From assembly GCF_037042905.1 (NCBI RefSeq), contig NC_087245.1, forward strand, positions 12,092,001 through 12,156,000: DNA of 64,000 nt. The letters are read 5' to 3'. This document shows positions 58,597 to 64,000 of the stretch, one piece after another. Each line of letters opens with the position of its first letter. Within the stretch, counting starts at the first letter, position 1. The position numbers and the translations under genes were made by a program. This stretch comes from Lytechinus pictus. Its lineage: Eukaryota. The notes beneath the pieces are model-generated. The model saw only the letters and a list, made by a program, of their open reading frames with translations. It was not told where the DNA came from and ran no database searches.

Positions 58597-61300
58597 ATTT
58601 TATTTATTCATTTATTTATTTACTTATTTTCTATATTTTTACTGCAGGAAAGACCTGTTCAGTTATGCAAAATGCTTTCCAAAAGCGCCCTGCAGTTTAA
58701 CAAATAACTCAACACCATAGCAATTCAATGCATGTAACATATAATAAAGTAAAAACAGAATACATTATGTACATACTACATAATACATATAGAGTGAATC
58801 AACAATTATCATGGAATCATTACATCTACATCAAGTTATTTTGTGTAATTACATGTATGACAGTCAGAACTTTAACGATTTGGTGTTTTTTTTAAATGCA
58901 TGGAGCGACGTGAATTTTTGTATACCACAAGGGAGCGAATTGAATAAGACGGCAGCAACATATTCAAAATATTTCCTTTTATAGTCCGTCCTTGGGCAGG
59001 GTATTGGAAGGGGACATTGTTCAGAATATCGTGTTTTATAAGTTACATAACGTTTGCAGTCAGATAAGTGGTCCCAGATAAGCTGGGGCTAAATCGTTTT
59101 GTATTTTGAAAGCAAGAACAAAAATATTGATCTTTGATATGTCCTCCACTGTTTGCCATTTGAGTTCAATTCATGTTTAATTAGATACATGTTCTCCCCA
59201 TTTCATGCCAGAGTAAAGTGTTACACCCACAAGTATTTGATCATATTTACATTTTTATGGGTTCATTTATCTATTTGTATATGGGTTATTTTCTATAGTA
59301 TATTTTATCATTAAAGCATAATTTTTCAATCTTTTCCTATGACCAAAAGCCATAATTTTTTTTCTTTTTATGCAAATGCATGCCGTTAAGATTGAGCCAG
59401 TTACAGATAACATCAAAATCACTTTCTAGATTTGTTTAACTTCCTTATATAATACATCATGACAGAATAGAGCAGTATCATCACATAAAGACACATTTCG
59501 GAATTAAAATTCAAATTCAAGTTACATGTATCATTGATAAAAATACAAAATATTAATGGACCCATTATGGATCCCTGTGGGACGCCTGATCTAATTTTTA
59601 CACTTTCACTGACACCATTATTTACTACGACAAACTGTCTCCTGTCTGTTAAATATGCTTTCATCCAATCATATTCGTTACCCTTAATTCCGTAATACTT
59701 CAGTTTTCCAAGAATGGAATTGTCTGGTATAACATCAAATGCTTAATGTAAATCGGGGAAAGTACCTCCGATCATTCGCCCCTGATCCAATTTTTAGTCT
59801 GTAATTTCAGTTATTTATTTATTTATTATTTATTTATTTTGTTTTATTTATTTTATACTGCAGGGTAGGCCTGTTCAGTTCTTAAAACTGCTTTACAAAG
59901 GCGCCCTGCAGTTTAAAATACATGTCAAGATAACTATGAACAACAACAACAAACAACATCAAAAATACAAAATACAAAATATCTAACATCAGAAACAATT
60001 AACACCAAAATATAGAGTGGGAAGTGACAGTTTAAACATACATAGCATTGTAAATCAAAGGAATATCATTTCGCTCTTTATCAATTCGTATGAAAGGCTT
60101 TGCATAATTTTTTAAAAACTAACAAGGAGGTACAAACTTGTAAATTTGAAGGAAGTGCATTAAATAATTTGGGTCCGACATATGCGAAAGATTTTCTTTT
60201 ATGTTCAATTCTAGCTTTGGGAAGCTGAAGGGGGCATCGTAAAGAATACCGTGTCCTGTATTTCACGGGCCGTTTACATACTAAAGGTTTTAAATAATTT
60301 GGAACTAAATCATTCATTATTTTATATACAAGAACACAATACTGATATTTTATACGCTGATCTACTGATTGCCACTTCAGTGACTGCAACAAAGAAATTT
60401 GTGATGTATTATAATCTTTTTTCAAAAGCATTCTGGCATATTTATTTTGAAGTTTTTGTATCTTATCTAAATGTATTTTTGCACTGCTTCCCCAAGATGT
60501 AATACAGTAATCAATGTAAGGTAAAACCATAGAAAAGTACAGCTTCTTCATAATATCAAAGGACAGTAAGTGCTTAATCCGCCTTACACAACCTATTGCC
60601 CGAGATATTTTACAAACGATATTAGTAATATGTTCGCACCAAGTCAAGCCCGGATCGAGCATGACACCTAAGTATTTAATCTTTTTTACATTTTCTAATT
60701 GTATGTTCCTGAATTTCACTGACAAATGAGCACCCCTCAACTTTTTCTTTTGACCAAATTCCATGGCTTTTGTTTTTTGCGGGTGTAAATGCATATTATT
60801 TAAGTCTAGCCATTTACTTATTGAATCAAAATCATCTTGCAAATACTTTTGTACCTCCTTAATTGATTCACCGTGATTAAAAATGGCGGTATCATCAGCA
60901 TAAAGAGACATTTTAGAATGTACATGCAATTTCAAATTACACATGTCATTAATAAAAATACAAAATATCAATGGACATTAGACATGTAGTAGTAGAATGC
61001 AAAGGTCTAAAACCTGTCTGGGAATTCGTTAGCAGTTTGTTTTCATTCAAGTATTCATATAGTTAATTGTGGATTGCTCTTTCTAGTATTTGAGACAAGG
61101 GACGTAGAACAGATATCGGTCTAAAATTATCGACATCATTATGACCCTCCTTTATGCATTGGAATAATTCTTGCCGTCTTTAAATCTCTTGGAATAGTAC
61201 ACGTTCGCAATGTCATATTGTATTCATAGATGAATCAGATGAATAATCCTGTTAAAGGGAATTAAATGGGTATTAAAACATCCCGTTTTCAAGTCAGTAT
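58597..61300 (-). mobile_element. Older degenerate CR1/L2-type LINE split by the younger LINE (parts about 60985-61300 and 58597-59805)
   Basis: Minus strand reads KTARIIPMHKGG..NFRPISVL..QTGFRPLHSTTT on the far side, and continues LDQGRMIGG..AFDV..GVPQGSIMGPLIFCIFIND on the near side, with stops and frameshifts. It has its own (AAAT)n tail. Confidence 0.8.
59810..60980 (-). mobile_element. 5'-truncated CR1/L2-type LINE with an uninterrupted 296-codon RT C-terminal ORF (60081-60971)
   Basis: IFCIFINDM..SLYADDTA..KTKAM..KYLGVMLD..LTWCEHI. The 3' UTR ends in an (AAAT)n tail. Confidence 0.9.
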
Positions 61301-61740
61301 ACATCAAATATATTTCCTCGCACTTCGAGTTTTATTATTTTTATGTATAGTCTCAGTAGTGACATATGCTTCTTTCGCATGACTACTTAATGGGATTGCC
61401 CCATGCTTAAGGTCTGAATATAAAACATTTTCAGTCCTTGCTTACGTTCGTATTAGTGGATTGGTGAGACATGCCTGCTTTTCATGAATTCCTAAAAACA
61501 GTCCTTAAAATGTCCCTATTTCTGGTCTAAATATATATTTAAAAAATCAGCTCGCGCTTCGCGCTCGCATCATTTGGTTAATAAAGTAAGTACGGTCTTA
61601 GTGAATTCCTACAAACAAGCCTTAGAATACCCCTCTCCAGTTTTGAAATTCAAAAATTTTCAAATTGCGCTTTGCGCTCGCAATGTTTGATTAGTGAGAT
61701 ACGTATAATGTTCATGATTACAATGACTAGACAAAGTGCT

Positions 61741-62312
61741 TCAAGGGATGGTCCAGGCTGGATATATTTATATCTCAATAAATTGAGTAAAATTCACAAA
61801 GCAAAATGTTGAAAATTTGATCGAAATCAGATAACAAATAAGAAGTTATTGAATTCTTAAGATTTGCATAATTCCGGTGAAACAGCTCTAGACATGTCTT
61901 TATGAATATTCATTTGATTGGCTGATGATGTCATATCCCCACTTGTTCTTTTGTATTTTATTATATGAAATTAGGTTTATTCAAAATATTTCTACCAAGA
62001 ACTAAAACAATTGGATTGACAACTGATTAAGTGCATTAGTTATATATTGCTGCAACTTATTTCATCATAATGGAGACACATCATTTACACATGTATGAAA
62101 TAATGAAACATTTATGAGTTTATGTAATAACATAAGAAAAATGAAAGTGGGGATGTGACATCATGAGCCCACCTAATGAATATTCATGACGATGTGCATA
62201 TAACTGTTTTCACAAAATATTGAAAGTTTAAAGTTCGATAACTTGTGAACCCAGTGAACCCTTTGAATTTTACTCTATTTATTTAGATATAAATATTTTC
62301 AGCCCAGACCAT
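61741..62312. mobile_element. Kolobok-like family B copy
   Basis: Colinear similarity with 12969-13480 plus 14360-14440 (e.g. GGTGAAACAG, GAATATTCA, CCCACCTA, TAACTGTTTTCACAAA). Confidence 0.65.
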
Positions 62313-63309
62313 TTTCAGCCCGGACTCGCACTTCGCGCTCGCATTGTTTCTTCTGTGAGACGGGTACGTATCATGATGACAAAGATTTGCTTACAATGTC
62401 CTTTTTTTAGGTCTGATACCGTCTGAATATCAAACATTTTTCAGCTCGCGCTTCGCGCTCGCGTTATGTGATCAGTGAGATACATATCCGTTTAATGGCA
62501 CAATCCTGAAAATTTCTCTATTAGGTCATTAGCCCTATACCTGGCTATTTTTTTTGCTGGTGCTCCCACCCCCATGCCGTGACTCACGGTACGCCACTGC
62601 ATGATGATAAATAGAATACAACAGCTTGCACTGAGCTTACATTACTAAGGAAATATAGTGCGTCAGTACAAAAGACACTCACCATGGATGAACGTACAAA
62701 CTAAAAAGTCAAACTATGATAAACATTGGCAAACCTTTAGAAGTATGCCAAATTTGGTAAACCAGTTCCAATATCAATTCAATCCATAAACTACACAACA
62801 TTTACAAAGAGTCAAATTCAGTAAAAACACTTGACTAAGTATGAAAGGAAAAAAAGCCCCTCTGATAAGGAAGGAAAAGGGACACAACTAGCTCGTATTT
62901 GTTGATAATGAATACTAAGAAAAATGAAATGACGTTCAACAGGGTGGTGAAATAAGCGGGGCACATCCTATGCGCTTGGTTGCAGGGTAGATTTTAAAAA
63001 GAATATGTCATGTATGAAAACATATACATGAACATGTATTATTTTATCATATCCTAGTATTTTTTTCTTTCTCCATCCATCTGTTTCTTACAATTTCTGT
63101 AAGGAATGATTTCATTCAATAGCAACAAATCAAGAAAATTCTGGTGAGAAAAGTGATGGTCATCAATCAAGCGTGTATACGACATGCAATACTACCACGG
63201 TTCACGATCATGATCATACTTGTCATTTGATCAGGGGCTGCGATCCTGGGGGGAGGCACAGTGCCCCCCACACTTTTTGAAGCACTGAAAACACTACGCA
63301 AGAAAAATT

Positions 63310-63830
63310 CCCCCTCACGAACGTGTACTGTGCCCCTTTTATCGGAAGAGGACCCGTTTTAGGTGTTACCAAGTGCCCTTTCTCGTATAAGTGCCGATTA
63401 ACACCCCCCCCCCAAAAAAATGCTCCCTCACGAACGTGTTCTGTGCCCCTTTCACCTGAGAAGGACCCATTTTATGTCTGAGCAAGTGCTCCCTTGCCTT
63501 CTTGTAAGTGCCCTTTCTCGAATCAGTGCCCCTTTTTACCCAAGAAAAGTGCCCCTTACGAACGCCCTTTCTCGTATCAGTGCCCCTTTTTACCCAAGAG
63601 AAGTGACACTCAGGAACATGTCCTGTGCCCCTTTCACCTGAGAAGGACCCGTCTTATGCCGTTAGCAAGAGCCCCTCTTCATTCTTATAGGTGCCCTTTC
63701 TCGTATCAGTGCCCCTTTTCACCTAAGAAAAGTACGTGCCCCCCGAACGTGTTCTGTGCCCCTTTCACATAAGAAGGACCTGTTTTTATGTGTTAACAAG
63801 TGCCCTTTGCCTTACTCGTAGGTGCCTGGC
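63310..63830. repeat. Complex tandem repeat built on GTGCCC(C)TTT units
   Basis: Recurrent ACGAACGTGTTCTGTGCCCCTTT..GAAGGACCC and GTGCCCTTTCTCGTATCAGTGCCCCTTTT blocks. Confidence 0.8.
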
Positions 63831-64000
63831 CTTCATATCAGATAAGTTGCTATGAAAAACAACTTTATTTAGTGATGTTCTGCTTCCTTCTGCAAGTGCA
63901 TAATGAATGAAAAAAATTGTAAAAATAATCCTACGTGCCTTTAGTTTATGAGTCATGTGAGTCGGGTAGATAAGTCTTTTTTTTATACTTTGTTTCAAGA

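Noticed and set aside
63060..63230. Possible HNMT exon 2 after a pyrimidine tract
   Set aside because: No frame resembles the methyltransferase continuation, and the phase-1 frame from the first AG stops after about 14 codons.
63310..63830. Repetitive Cys/Pro-rich ORFs or a possible repeat-spacer array
   Set aside because: The intervening segments are themselves repeated, so this is a complex tandem repeat, probably the interior of a TE starting near 63232.

Overview
AT-rich, intron-rich animal genomic DNA, not prokaryotic. The gene families, repeat types and poly-G/C tracts suggest an echinoderm, probably a sea urchin (inference). Most ORFs in the track are spurious, and the real genes only appear after splicing exons by hand. 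Five genes were found. (1) A + strand gene of about 297 aa (CDS 8033-16695) with an N-terminal death domain, a low-complexity linker made of phase-1 exons with a TRAF6-type PxExxD motif, and a C-terminal tail anchor ending YSRRKH. Its promoter has a perfect NF-kB site and an NRF1/P3A2 palindrome. This is a MAVS-like architecture with a death domain in place of a CARD, and is the most interesting object in the window. (2) A complete SLC16/MCT-like transporter (-). (3) A secreted C-type lectin + PAN/Apple protein (+). (4) An SLC17/sialin-like transporter (-) whose stop codon is supplied by a MITE. (5) The first coding exon of a histamine N-methyltransferase-like gene, head-to-head with gene 4. 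The rest is mostly transposon debris: Kolobok-like TTAA elements, hAT elements including a transposase remnant, a Tc1/mariner-type foldback, Helentron-like elements, tRNA-derived SINEs, nested CR1/L2-type LINEs and mini/microsatellites. All gene models are manual and have no transcript or database support.
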